DNA of 64,000 nt from Octopus sinensis (taxonomy: Eukaryota): positions 124,001-188,000 of the forward strand of contig NW_021825821.1 of the NCBI RefSeq assembly GCF_006345805.1. Direction: 5' to 3'. Positions 1-11,914 of the stretch are shown here, in pieces. The notes under the pieces are model-generated. The model had not been told where the DNA came from, searched no databases, and saw only the letters and a program-made list of their open reading frames with translations. Made by a program: the position numbers and the translations under genes. Each line of letters opens with the position of its first letter. Position 1 is the first letter of the stretch.

Positions 1-929
1 TCCACGTGACACCATCTTACTTCTGTATGGAAAAGTAATGATGTATGATTGAATCCCATTTCATCACACAATATTTTAAATAGACGAGATTGGAGAGCTC
101 TTTTTTTAACATAATTAATAATTTGGATAGCATCTTCCAAAACTTCACTCAATGAAAAGAAAATATTCTTCGACACCAGAGCATGACGGTGAAGAATGCA
201 ATGACTACTAGTACAATTAGGAGCCATTTGTTTTATCCTTGGTACAACTCCAGAAATTTTTCCGATCATACATTTAGCTCCATCGCTACAAACATCTACA
301 CATTTATTCCAATTTATGTTTTTTGCAAAAAAATAATTTTTAATAGTGTTGAAAATATTTTCCCCAGTACAATTACTCTCCAACGATTCGCACATTAACA
401 TGTCTTCTTATAATATAGTCAAAAGGGTATCGAACGAAAACCAATAAAACTGCCAATCCTTCAACATCAGTAGATTCATCAATTTGAATAGCGAAACCAT
501 TCGAATTATTCAAACGAATTAGTAACTGTGTTTCAATATTTTCCGAAAGTTCCTGAATTCGCCTTGAAATAGTATTATTTGACAAGAGATGTGTTAGGCA
601 TTATATGATGGCATATTACATATTCTGCCGTATGTGGTAAATCAGATCCATTCTGAGAAAACCCATATGAGAGGTAGCTTTCATCATATTTTCTTTTCCA
701 AAATTATAATTATAAAAAAAACCTTTTTGAATATTTTTTGGAATCTCTTATGCAATTATTGTTTCTCATTAAAAATCTTATAAAATTGACCAACTAACTC
801 AAAAGAGAAACAAGATATAAACGTGGATGTTTAATATATTTTAATAATTAAAAACTATTATTAAATAAATATAATAAATTTCGCGGAACCCCAAAACTGG
901 CTCCGCGAACCCCAGGTTGGGAACCACTG
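1..929 (-). mobile_element. hAT (Buster/Charlie, ZBED5-like) DNA transposon, 5' part, degraded; runs off the window start
   Basis: ORF 373-585 reads SNNTISRRIQEL...FAIQIDESTDVEGLAVLLVFVRY; reverse complement of 1-60 reads HTSLLFHTEVRW; terminus CAGTGGTTCCCAACCTGGG ends at 929 next to a TCTAGA target. Confidence 0.88.
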
Positions 930-1299
930 TTCTAGAGAGTGCAAGTCGTTGTTGTTTTAATAATCTTAACATGAATATTTATTAATACGATATTTTGCTA
1001 GTCAGTTCAGTAAAGTTCTTTTCCTTTTTTGAGCAAATCTCCGTCTTCTTGTTGATTGACTCGAATTGCAACTCTAAATCTTCAAGCCGGCCTCGTTGTC
1101 CCACGGTTTCCTTTCAACCTTTTTGGTTGCTATATCTGATTTAAAAATAGATTTATTTGCTCCCGTCTTTCGAAGTGTCTGATTAGTGCCTCTCGATGCC
1201 ACAGTTGTTGATTTTTTAGTCTGAAATACAAATAAAATATATACTCCTATATGTCGAGTATTTTAAAGTGTCGAGTTTGGTGAGTATTTTAAAAGTTTT

Positions 1300-2270
1300 C
1301 CATTAATACCATTAATACCCGGACTCCTACCATTGTTCAATTTACGCAGAGCAGTTTGCATCTCAGTGATGGTAATTGGAACAGTTAAACTTCTAGGATC
1401 TCCAACAATCTGAGATATGTGTTCATCGTCATTTCTGAAGAGAGACTCGAAGTAAGTAGCAATTTTTCGGCCATCTCTTTTTTATAAAACATCCTTCTTC
1501 CATAATCATCGTGTAGAATTAATTCTTTGGGCCTGTTTAACAATCGAATAGCTCTGAACATTTTTGTGCCATAACTGAGCTGTTCAACTTCTTTGGCGTG
1601 ATGTTCAAGTGTTCTTTGATGGAGTAGGCGTACTCTTCTCTTTATATCCCGTAAAATGGAATTTCTCTTGTGTTTTAGTTCTATTTTAACGTCCATATGG
1701 TTTGAATTCTCTATACAAACTTTAAGATTTTTCTGTGTTCTGGATAGAAGGTCAATTTTCATGTCATATAAACGAATAGTTTTTGGCTTTCTTGAAACAT
1801 CTTTTAGCAATGACCGTGCGATGTTTTTAATTCTGTTTGAGATTAAACTCCAACGATCATCAGGTGGGTATTCAGAATTCAATTTGGAGAAAAATGCGTC
1901 GACTTTTTTACTGAATATATCGTGCTTAGCATCGTTTGCAAGTAAGCTTTCCAATGCCAGTCTTCCAGAAGAATGTTTCTCGTTGTTTCTTTTGAACACG
2001 TTTTGACTTAAATGAAGTTTAAATAGAGAGGGAACAGTTTTATAATCACTCGATAGAAGCGTGGCTCTATAAGATCGTGAGTCCATCAGCATGCATTTAA
2101 GATTACGTCCACAGATTATGTAGTTAATTTGGTTGTAAATAGGTACAATCTCTCCATTCTGATTCTTTCTTTGCCCCACCCACGTGGTTATATGTCTTGC
2201 CGGATGTTTAAATGCCGTGTTGCACAAAAAAAATTTAAATGAACTGCAGAAGTCTGTCAAGGCTGACTTT
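1300..2270 (-). mobile_element. RTE-clade LINE fragment (end of endonuclease to start of RT)
   Basis: ORF 1385-2260 (CNTAFKHPARHITTW...YNQINYII...DSRSYR) is homologous to the RTE ORF at 13362; PITITEMQTALRKLNNGRSPG near 1320-1380. Confidence 0.85.
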
Positions 2271-2279
2271 AGAAATTAC

Positions 2280-3139
2280 CGGAACCTCTAAGTGGGGCAC
2301 AGGATTTTTAATAAAAAAAGTTAGTAGGAAAATATAAATCCCCACGTTTTATGAAAAACTTTAACCTTGAAGAACATAAAGTTTTATATTCATCATCTAA
2401 AAACATTTGGATGACATCAGAAATATTTATTACATGGCTCACCATTGCAAATGAACAAATGATTAAGCAAAAGAGAAAAATTGTTTTGTTACTTGATAAC
2501 GCAAGCTGTCACAAATACATCCATCTTTCCAACATTGAATTGTTTTTTCTCCTAAAAATATAAAATCATTAATTTAACCGTTAGAAATGCGTATTATTAA
2601 ATCTTTTAAGTCCAATTATCTTAAAGCTTTTTTGAATTTTACTCTTTATTTTGAAGAAAATTTGGACACGATAATTGCAGACGTAATTACTGAAATGAAG
2701 AAGAAAATGATGATGAGTCAATAATATGACGAAACCGAATGCAACTGTTCACACTTGACACAATAACAGCAATGAATAACTTTGAAGAGAATATTCACCG
2801 TTTGTTTCCACATGCATTAAAAAACTATTACAATTTCAGAAAAATATTGGGCATACATATGAAGAAATCTGCAACAGGAAACAAAATAACAGATTATTTT
2901 CGTTTAATAGAACAAAAATTTTGTTCTACTTAAAAATACTCTAATTATCAATAAAATTAGTGGAAAACATGTTTAAATGTTCTTAAAAATATTTTACTTA
3001 TTTATAAATTAATGAAAATATGCTAAAACTATTAAAATGTTTATAAAAATGAAGAAAATTTCAGACCTCCATTTTAGGGGAAAACCTCCAATTTTGGGGC
3101 AATTTTTCAAGATTGATACCTTAAATGGAGGTTAGGTTG
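2280..3139 (+). mobile_element. pogo/Tigger-like transposon remnant (DDE_1 region and right TIR)
   Basis: ORF 2351-2563 SKNIWMTSEIF..W...KIVLLLDNASCH; TIR-like end GGAGGTTAGGTTG followed by TA at 3140-3141. Confidence 0.75.
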
Positions 3140-3593
3140 TACCCATTGTCGGTGAAAAGTAACGTGGTCTGCTGTATAAAAAATCAAATCCCATGAATCT
3201 GCTACTTCTCATTCAAACACCCAAATCAAATACGCTAATGAAATACTACGCTTCATAAAGCTACAAAACATCTAACAAAAACGATCGGAAGGTTTCCAAA
3301 TCTTAGAGAAGGCTATCACTTACGGAATTTATACCATCTTTTTGGACTCTTGCCCGGTATGCAAGGCAAAAAATTTAAGAGAAGATCGTTGTGTGGCAAT
3401 AAAATGGTCTGACAAGGCAGCGGAAAAAATGGTTAAGCGAAGAAAATTGGCTAACGATGTTGATGTATATGAAATTGGTATGAAAGTAGTACGAAAAGTC
3501 TTTGTGGATTCCAATATACACACCAAAAGAGGGAATTTGAACAAACACATCGAACTGCACACAAGCAGTTGAAAGATTACATCGTCTCAGTAG

Positions 3594-3765
3594 TAATCCT
3601 TCTGCAGTTTCACCTACAGAAACCTTGTTACGACTTTTACTTCCTTTAAATGAGTAGGCTCGGGTGTCTACTCGCATGCTATAGCACACGATCCAACTAC
3701 CTCACCAAATCATTCATTGATAGTAGCGACGGGTGGTGTGTACAAAGCGCAGGGACAATAATTAA
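3594..3765 (-). pseudogene. 18S rRNA pseudogene fragment, 3' end of the SSU
   Basis: + strand ATCCTTCTGCAGTTTCACCTACAGAAACCTTGTTACGACTTTTACTTCC and TAGTAGCGACGGGTGGTGTGTACAAAGCGCAGGGAC are reverse complements of universal 18S 3' motifs, with substitutions at normally invariant sites. Confidence 0.9.
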
Positions 3766-3999
3766 AGATCCTGACAGTTTAATCCCATCATCATTTCTCT
3801 CATCCAAACCAGGAGGAGGGACTTTGGGTTACACACTCCAGTGACATACATATAAAGAGTAAACCACCTATTTCTGGGCATCCTAAGAGGTTTTTAAACA
3901 CCTTTGAAGGGAAATATTTAACTCGGTTTTTTTGGGTCGTCCACTCTTTCCGTTCTTCTATTACAAGAACAAGATTCTATTTTTTATAAAAAGAAAACA

Positions 4000-4430
4000 A
4001 GTAACTAATCAGCAGCAAAGAATAAGATGGAATGGCAATTCCCACGAAGATGGCTATTGATATGCGTTGGAAAAGCCATGTCCGTTCTCGATGATCGTTT
4101 CTCCTTCTGCTTGCCAGTCTTCCAATTTAATAAAGAATTTTTTAGTTCTGGAACCGAGGACTCCCGACTTCTCTACTGTGATCGGGGCAAAGATATGAAG
4201 GTGCGATAATGCACTGTATTTTATGACTTTTAGCGTTTCTGCCAAGGTTAGCTGCAGAACCCGGCTCTGCGGCTGACGTAAAGATGTTTCTGGCGGCGAA
4301 GGTGTCTGTGCAAGTTGCGTCCCAGTTGAGTGACTTGCCATTTTCAAAGGGGAAAGTTTTTAGGCCATCAGGACGTTTATCATCCTCCTGGACCAGGCCG
4401 ACCGGTTCCAACTGTGATGGGAATTAATGT
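4000..4430 (-). mobile_element. CRE-like non-LTR retrotransposon, C-terminal restriction-like endonuclease fragment
   Basis: EPVGLVQEDDKRPDGLKTFPFENGKSLNWDATCTDTF motif, then APITVEKSG..G in a shifted frame. Confidence 0.78.
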
Positions 4431-4619
4431 TTTTGTTGGCCACTAATCCTTTTCAGCCTGTTTAACTCTGCCGTCGATAGTACTTTCCTTTAGATTAATC
4501 AGACCTATCAGTTTTTTGAATAAAATATAAATATCGTGTCAATTACAACATTCAAAGTCTCACTTTCCATTCTGCCAGCTCTACTATCAGTTTTTATCCT
4601 GTTAGAATAACCAAAAAAA

Positions 4620-4930
4620 GCACGAACCTGTCGGTTTGGACAGAGATGACGGCAAACGCCCTGACGGCTTAACTACATTCCCCTTCGAGCAGGGAAAATC
4701 CCTTATTTGGAATTCTACCTGCTGTGACACATTCTACAACGGGAACCTAGCCATGTCGGCCGTCGACCCAGGCTTCGCTTCCAATCTCGCTGAAAATCTT
4801 AAAATCCTGAAGTACGGTCAGTTTCCTACGTGGTTTGGGGAGAAGAATCCCCAAAAGAAGGGACGACCGGAGAGAGTCCTTTGCTTTGAAATCCGTGTTC
4901 TGCAGTTTATTGTGAGGAAGAACTAGGGAG
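4620..4930 (+). mobile_element. CRE-like RLE fragment, same family in the opposite orientation
   Basis: DRDDGKRPDGLTTFPFEQGKSLIWNSTCCDTF...AE..K..KY. Confidence 0.78.
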
Positions 4931-5493
4931 TATCCCCGGTACTATTATTTTGTGCTATTAAAGCCTATTTCTTTTATTGATTGACTAGATCGACTAAAAA
5001 TGGGTTGAGTGTGTCTAAAATAAAAAAATGAATCTTAAGAATGATATTTCTGATTGTTGAATCTTCGGGCAAATTATAGCCGATTCCGATAAAAAATGTT
5101 GGAATTATTGACGAAATCAGAATTTTCATTAAAATAAAGGTTTATGTAAAATAAAGTTTGGACGACGTTTCTAACACAGGTACAAAACAGGCCATCGAAA
5201 TATTATATATTAAAAAAGGACAGAAGACTAAAATTTTTATTATTGAATTAATTTAAAATATTAAATTAATTAAAAATTTTAATTATATTAAATTAAGTTA
5301 TAAAAAAGTTGGAACTATTGTATTTGAATTTGGCCATTGAGTGTTTTTCATTTCCTAATATATTTACGTAAATATAATCTCAATTTTAAATCTAAGAATA
5401 ATATATCTTTCTACATTTAATATAAAAAATATTTAATAATAATAATTTTTAATATTAGTATAAATCCTCAATCATTTCCTTCTAGTTTGTTCA

Positions 5494-7133
5494 ATGAGCA
5501 CTGCCAAACCACGGAAAAAAACCCCAGATACGCCCACGTGCTCTGTATGTCACACTGACAGGAACCTGTTAGGCTGTACAAAGTACAGACTTACCCACAC
5601 AGAGTGCAGGTTATCTGACTCATCTTACTCTCCTAGGAGGAACATCAGCAAAAAAATAGCCAACATAAAGAAATGGAATTGTGCCGAATGTTTGTCTAAT
5701 AATCCTGAGGTGACTAAAATCTTTTATTTCTTCCAGAACGGGAGATTGTCCTTTAAAAACAACAATTCAGCCACACTAACACGGATCCTGTCCTCCAGGG
5801 CCTCCTTGAATGAGCATTTTAGTCACATTCTCGGCAAAAAACTCACCTTCCCGATGATGTCTGAGGTCGGTCCTCAGAAAAGGCTCAAAAAAGTAGGTCC
5901 TGACCAACAGAATGGCAAATTGGACGACTTCCAACTTTCAACTCCCAGAATCTCTAATCCGTGAATATATCGACTCAGTCGACATCCGTTCTAAGGAAAC
6001 ACGGTCTTTTAAACGTATATGACTGAATCACGTCCAAGGAAACAATCATTCGAGACGTGTCATTCGGAGGACTCTCAACTCGGAGGAAACCCCTGACTTA
6101 ATTTGTCACTTGTGTTCCAAGTCAGTTATTCGTAAAATAGCAAAGGAACTGCCAATTGGGAGAGTTATATCGATGTGATTACTGCAATTTGTCATTTCAC
6201 GGAGATTGTCTTGAGTGTGGATATCCTCCACCACGGAATAACGTGCCGTGGATGTGTCCTCTCCACCCTGAACATGTCGTGGTTGTTTGGTGCCCCAAAA
6301 GTCATAGGATGCGTTATTTCCCACCAGAAGTATCACAAAGAGGACTAAAAACATGAGGAAATATGCTCGTTGTTCTGTCGATGCTGACCACGTGTGGACA
6401 AGATTTAGAACGACAAGTCGTCCACCCCAGTCAGGAAGTGGGTCTCCCTACAAGGTTGACTGATATGGGCCATTGTAGGTCCCCAAAGTAGTGAAGGCGA
6501 TGTATAAAGGCACACCACATGTTTTTGAGGAAAGTGAGGAAATGAGATCAAATCAGGAAATGACTGAAAGGGCACAAAAGAGTCATCACGGGACCAAATT
6601 ACTGCCATATGAGAATGGTAAGTTAAAAGGGTAAAATTTAGTATTAAAATGCTCGTCGGGGGCGTATTTGTTGTATTATGAACGTCCCGGGAATCTCACC
6701 CGGTTCTATCCGATTGAGTATGAATTGACGATTGGGACTGGTTGGAATAACGTGTTTGTAATGATTAGAGGACAGTTGTTGTGTCAGACTGGATAGACTA
6801 TATCCTGCATGTCGACGAATATCTCAAACCCATGCCTCAGTGTTTCACGACTCATACACGGACACATATGAACTAGTCAACTATAGTCGATTTGGGACAA
6901 TTGTGATAGGATTGCTTATTGCAACGGGCACTCACACGTTGTTTGTTGTTGATTTATTGTAGGAGGACGACGTGGGGTGCATGTGTAGTCCTCAAGATGA
7001 TTTGGGCGTGGAAGGGAACGAGGAATCTGCCCATATTCGCCACGGATCCTCCATCAAAGTATTTTATTCAGAGTTTATTGTTTAGATTGGATGCGGGGAA
7101 TTTATTTTCTCTATTTTGTCTGCGGACGAGTGA
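5494..7133 (+). CDS. PHF12: PHD finger protein 12 (PHF12/Rco1-like), multi-exon with micro-introns
   Basis: Degenerate N-terminal PHD; PHD2 [14 protein letters not shown]...[11 protein letters not shown]; C-terminal FHA-like block LTIGT...[11 protein letters not shown]...[13 protein letters not shown] and [18 protein letters not shown], ending at TGA 7131-7133. Internal exons are only partly resolved. Confidence 0.82.
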
Positions 7134-8284
7134 ACGAGTTACAATGTAACATGATAAATTTGTATGAAAATGTAAGAAAAGTAAGTTTTAATGATGTTTT
7201 ATAATTTACTATACATATAATTATCAATAATTTATTTATTAATAAAAAGACTAGAGAAAACTGGTCATTGGCAGATAGCCAGAGTATTGCCTCTGACTAT
7301 TAAAATATTTTGTAATACAATTACGTAAATTTTATTCAATATTATCGTAATCATTTTTACTGAACAGGGCTAACTTGAACTCCATCTTTGACTTCAATTG
7401 TCAAACAGAGAAGACTTATCAAAGATTCTAACTCTACTTGCAGACTCTTATCGAAAATCCTCATGATCCAAATTTTAAGTTACTCTTGCGGATTGGAAGA
7501 GGACCGAGTTTTCTCTGGAAGACATCTGGATTGGCCATTCCATTCAACATCTTACGCCAATGGGATGACATTTACAGCAAAGCTAAAATTGACACAATCC
7601 ATTGAATCAACACCGCCTTGCTTGTTTCGGTGCGGCCGCTAGACCTGAAAGTGGTGCGTGGCATAATGCCCTCCCTTGCTCTCAGTCTGAAACTTTTCTC
7701 GTTTTATTTTAAGAAAACTTTGATACTTTAAACAAACAGTCATAAAATCTTAGCAAGCACTTGAACTTTATGTGGGCGACATTTATGGAACCCTTCTAAA
7801 CTCAGGGTATTTGCAACAGTCTGTGAGCATACTGGTAATCCTAACTCGCCCAAGTATGTAGAGAGTTGTTAACGAGACAATCTCGGATTATTAAGCACGT
7901 TTCGTCTAATTATAAAAATTGATTGAGATGATATTTTTCTTGATTGTCCTGATATTGGGTATATTTTAATAATTTACATTTACTGAGAATGTTCAATACT
8001 GTACTCTTCGGAATATAAACACTGTCGGAAGTATGAATATAATTATGTTATCAAAAAGTAAATACATACTCAACTGTCCTAAGACTAATATTGGCACTTG
8101 ATATTCTAGCTTCTGGAATTAAATGAAAAATTGTTCTATAAATTGAATTAATTATGTAATTTTTTATGATCTATTCTGTACAAAATTAGGTGCACTTATA
8201 TACTTTTGGAAAAAATTAAATAAAAACAAGCATGTTAAAGAAAAGAAAATTTTATTTAAAATATACAAGTGTCTCAAAACTAAT

Positions 8285-8796
8285 TTAACCTACTGTATGT
8301 TCAGAAGGCATCCTTTTAAGTTTATTTATTGTATCTCTTGTTTTCATGAAAAAATGCTTTATTTCTTGCATAACTGTTTGTTTGTAGCATTTAAGTATTA
8401 CGCCAATATTTGATAAGTTTTGAATTCTGGGTTTAGATGGGATATTCATCAGCTCCTTTAGTTCTTCGATGTCTTCATTTTCTTTTTTTCGACGTTGTTT
8501 TTCACGGTCTGCATGTTTTCTCCTTTTTTCAATACTAAGCAATAAAGTATCTAAAAAAACTACTTTTCACGACTGTTTCGATCGTAGGATTTATATAATG
8601 ATTTGGGTCTACCTGGCTTTCTAACAAACGTGTCCATATTGGGAAAAGCAAAATTATTTTCATTTAATAAGCGGTGCTTGAATAATTCATTAATATGTGG
8701 TAATTCGGAAAAATTGTCTGAGTCCATATTAAAATTTAAATCTGCTCTTAATTTAATACTTTCTGCTTCGTAGCTCCTTATATATGATTTTAGCAT
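8285..8796 (-). CDS. Divergent bHLH transcription factor, two exons (intron 8535-8563, 29 nt)
   Basis: Joining ORFs 8560-8796 and 8285-8542 over a GT-AG intron keeps frame; RRKHADREKQRRKKENEDIEELKELM..PRIQNLSNIGVIL resembles basic region, helix 1, loop and helix 2. Confidence 0.55.
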
Positions 8797-8959
8797 ATTG
8801 ATTACGGTAAATTAATAATTTATTTTTCAAAATATCAAATAAATGTAATAAATAAATGTAATCAAATGTAATTTAATATTTTGATACTTAGTAATGTAAT
8901 TAATATTAGTCTAAAAATAGCCAAATTTTTTTTAAATCAGCATTGCAAAGAATTTATCC

Positions 8960-9790
8960 CCACGATTGCTGCAAAGCTCATTTCAGTCTAATTCGGGGTC
9001 GGCGTGCCTGGAGGATGTAAATCTGCTGTTCGTTCTATCCGTACTTTCTCAGATTCGTGCAGAAAATCTTCATGTTCTAACATTTTGATCAAGCTTGGCA
9101 TCAGAAATGCATTCAACGGTATTCTACGGGACCGAGTTTTGGAGGCCTGCTCTGAGTATTGTCCTTTATTTGGCGTAACTTTCCAATCATAAGGCCAACC
9201 ATCTTCCCTTATCTTTGATTCCGACACTATCCCGTCTGCTTCGGGAATTCAACAAGGAGACCCTCTGGGGCCACTCCTTTTCAGTCTTGGAATCTTTGAG
9301 GTGACCAAGCTTATATCTTTCCCACTAAATTTTTGGTATCTCGATGACGCCACTCTCGGTGGCCCCCCGGACACCGTTCTGCAGGACATAATAAAAATTA
9401 TTCCGGCTCTGCAGAAAGTCGGCCTTAGTTTAAATTTTTCCAAATATGAAATTTCTAACTTCGGGTGTTCGCAATCTACCTTCGAAGACGCTGTTTCCTC
9501 ATTCCGTGATCTTTTCCCGGGGGTGCAATTTACTCTCATTGACGAACTTTTTATCCTCGGAGCCTCAGCGGCTGGCGATTCTATTGATGTTGCCCTACGC
9601 AAAAGGAATTCTTGCTCGAGGCAGCCTTCAAACGTATCAGACAGTTGGACTCACACACAGCATTATTCCTCCTACGAAATTGCTTTTCAATCCAAAATTT
9701 GTATGGTAAGGTTACGGACTTGCAGTTTTTCATGATAGAACATGCATGAGCCGGTCCCTGGCGTGGAATTTAGGTTCATTGACCGATATC
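8960..9790 (+). mobile_element. CRE-like retrotransposon RT domain, frameshifted and with stops
   Basis: FGVGVPGGCKSAV..LIKLGIRNAFN; SGIQQGDPLGPLLFSL; WYLDDATLGG..GLSLNFSK. Confidence 0.85.
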
Positions 9791-9849
9791 CAGGAAGTTC
9801 ATACGACTGGTTTTCCCAGAGTTTGACTCGTTGACGCCAACAATGTCAT

Positions 9850-10570
9850 GATGGCTGCTGTTTATCATCTCAACCAAGTCGTGATGCCGTCTCTTAATAG
9901 ATCGGGCATTCACAGCGATGATTTTCAAGGGGACTATGTTGCTGAATTGCTTCCTTCTAGCAGGAGCGTTTGCAGAATTTCCATACCCACTCCGAGTTTA
10001 GTCAGGACTCCTACACAACGGCGAAAGAATTCCATTAAGGCATCTCTGTTGTGTAGGTCCTGCTCCGAGTGGGCACCTCGTTGTGGCAGGGCTTTGTCAT
10101 GGAGGGCTTCTGCCTTCTTACGGAGAACAGCCGAGCGGTCAACTTTTTCGCTAGGATGACTTTGTGATGTTGTCGGGACCGTGGTCCGACGATGTCTGAA
10201 TGCATGCATCGACTTTGGACGGACTTGTGAGTGACCCTTTTGTCCAGACCGACTCAATGCGTTTGGCTTCTACCCAGCTGACTGCGCTTTTAGCCTGCGG
10301 GTTCTTCGCAGCCCTTGAGGCTGTGTTGCGGCTTCGGCAGACGGACATCCACCGTAGCACGCCAGGTGCCCAGTGTTCTTGCAATTAATGCAGGTTTTTG
10401 CAGCTGGGACATTGGGTATGAAATTCGATTTCGTGCAGTTTTGGTGCCTGTGTTCGTCGCTGCAGAGAAGGCATCGGAATTTTTCCGTGCATCTGTGGGA
10501 CGTATGCCCAAACTGATTGCAACGGAAGCATCTCGTAACTGGGCACTTCGTGGCTAAATTGTAAACGGTC
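9850..10570 (-). mobile_element. Jockey/I-group LINE ORF1 (gag, CCHC knuckles) fragment
   Basis: RCFRCNQFGHTSHRC..RCLLCSDEH..CINCKNTGHLACYGGC; the same GHLACYGGC motif occurs in the LINE at about 53680. Confidence 0.8.
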
Positions 10571-10639
10571 ATTGCGTTACTTTTACAGTAGTTACACTGT
10601 TTCCGTTGACCATTAAAAAGTTTCTATCCTGCAAATATG

Positions 10640-11075
10640 AGAACAACCCTTCATATCGAGGAGAGTTATTCCCATATTTCAGTCACGTTGATGACGACAA
10701 TACGTCAATGTGCGGCTTGACCAGGCTGCTAAAGAGAGTCTTGTGAAAGACTTTTAAGTTGATCTTTTTAATTAGGGAGTTCCTCTGAAGTTTGATCAAC
10801 TCCTTCACATTAACTTGGGTAGCACCCAGACCATACTTAGCCGACACATAGCCTTTTATGGTCCCTAGGTGTGTACCACGCGCTTTTTCAGTAGCAAGAA
10901 TGGCAGCCTTTCTTTGGGATACACTCGAACCACTCCACAAGGTATCGTGGATCTAAGTAAGAATTCGTTTACTTAAGTGTACAATGTTATTCAGTCCACG
11001 TCCTAGCTGCCTGCGAGTCAAGTATAATCTCTTCTTATTTTTTGCCAACACCTGGACGTGATTCTCTCAGAGTAG
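10640..11075 (-). mobile_element. R4/Dong-like RLE retrotransposon fragment (post-RT region)
   Basis: LYLTRRQLGRGLNNI...RKAAILATEKARGTHLGTIKGY aligns to ERLYLPRDKLGRGL...RKAGILRA...THMATIAGF in ORF 43919, and at DNA level to 29580-29870. Confidence 0.75.
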
Positions 11076-11120
11076 AGTTACAAAACATTTAAAAAAACAA
11101 TCGGAAGGTTTCGAAATCTA

Positions 11121-11461
11121 TCAAAGACCTGTTATTGCTCATTTTCAAGTGTTTTTCACATTAATCCTTCTTAGTAGTCGAACAACTAGAATCGAACGAC
11201 TAGTAAGTCTGAGTCTCGTTCGTTATCGGAATAAACCAGACAAATCACTCCACCAGCCAACAACAGCCATGCACCACTACTCACAGTATTCAGAAAAAGC
11301 TATCAGTCTCTCAATCCTCACCGTGTTCGGCCCGGATGAGTTTTTCTGCTTTGAGTCAAATTGAGCCGCAAGCTCCACTCCTGATGGTGTCTTTCCGCTA
11401 ATTTCTTTAAGTTTCAGCCATGCAACCATACTCCCCCCGGAGCCCAAAGACTTTGGTTCCC
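11121..11461 (-). pseudogene. 18S rRNA pseudogene fragment (central to 3' region)
   Basis: Reverse complements of conserved SSU motifs: AGACCTGTTATTGCTC, GTCTCGTTCGTTATCGGAAT, CCATGCACCAC, TGAGTCAAATT.AGCCGCA, TTTAAGTTTCAGC, CCATACTCCCCCCGGA.CCCAAAGACTTTGG, with scattered substitutions. Confidence 0.92.
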
Positions 11462-11719
11462 ACAACAATCTTGATATGGCAAGATTTTTCGATTCCATCT
11501 ACCAAGACCTGCATATGAAGGTCCGACGAAGCTTCTTCAACAAAGAATTATAAAAATGTTACTAACAAAAACAGAAATCACTGTTCCCTTTGGGACAAAA
11601 TCGTCCTGACTTTTCCAAAAAACGTAAGAACCCCTCAAAGTGACTCTCTTCCGCCTCTGCTATTTACAATCAAACTGAAAAGGTTATATGAGGGGTCATT
11701 ACTATCCTTACCGAATCCA

Positions 11720-11825
11720 AAATTCAATTACTGACGTAATTCCTGCTGATGACATCGACTTTGTGTCGCCCGACAAATCCTCGCTTCTCAAACTATTGGA
11801 AATTGCACCGGAAATTTTGGGGAAT
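11720..11825 (+). mobile_element. Short RTE RT fragment
   Basis: ADDIDFVSPDKSSLLKLLEIAP; matches 15165-15235 at DNA level. Confidence 0.6.
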
Positions 11826-11914
11826 GATCTCCCTAAATTTAATTAATTATTTCTTTAAATATATTTAATTCTACTAATTCCTAATATCTGATAAATTTTT
11901 AATTAGAATATTAA

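Noticed and set aside
1656-2006. Antisense or alternate-frame ORFs over TEs and genes (e.g. 1656-2006, 14450-14701, 25933-26202, 36589-36900, 56003-56323)
   Set aside because: They are shadows of real coding frames and have no independent motifs.
3342-3572. Gypsy integrase fragment (SCPVC..YEIGMKVVRK)
   Set aside because: The similarity is only impressionistic, with no catalytic core or LTRs; left unassigned.
5583-5609. 20-nt intron plus 7-nt microexon in PHF12
   Set aside because: Using it shifts the frame; reading through it keeps the PHD His/Cys pattern.
11277-11498. [38 protein letters not shown]...
   Set aside because: It is the familiar spurious translation of 18S rRNA sequence.
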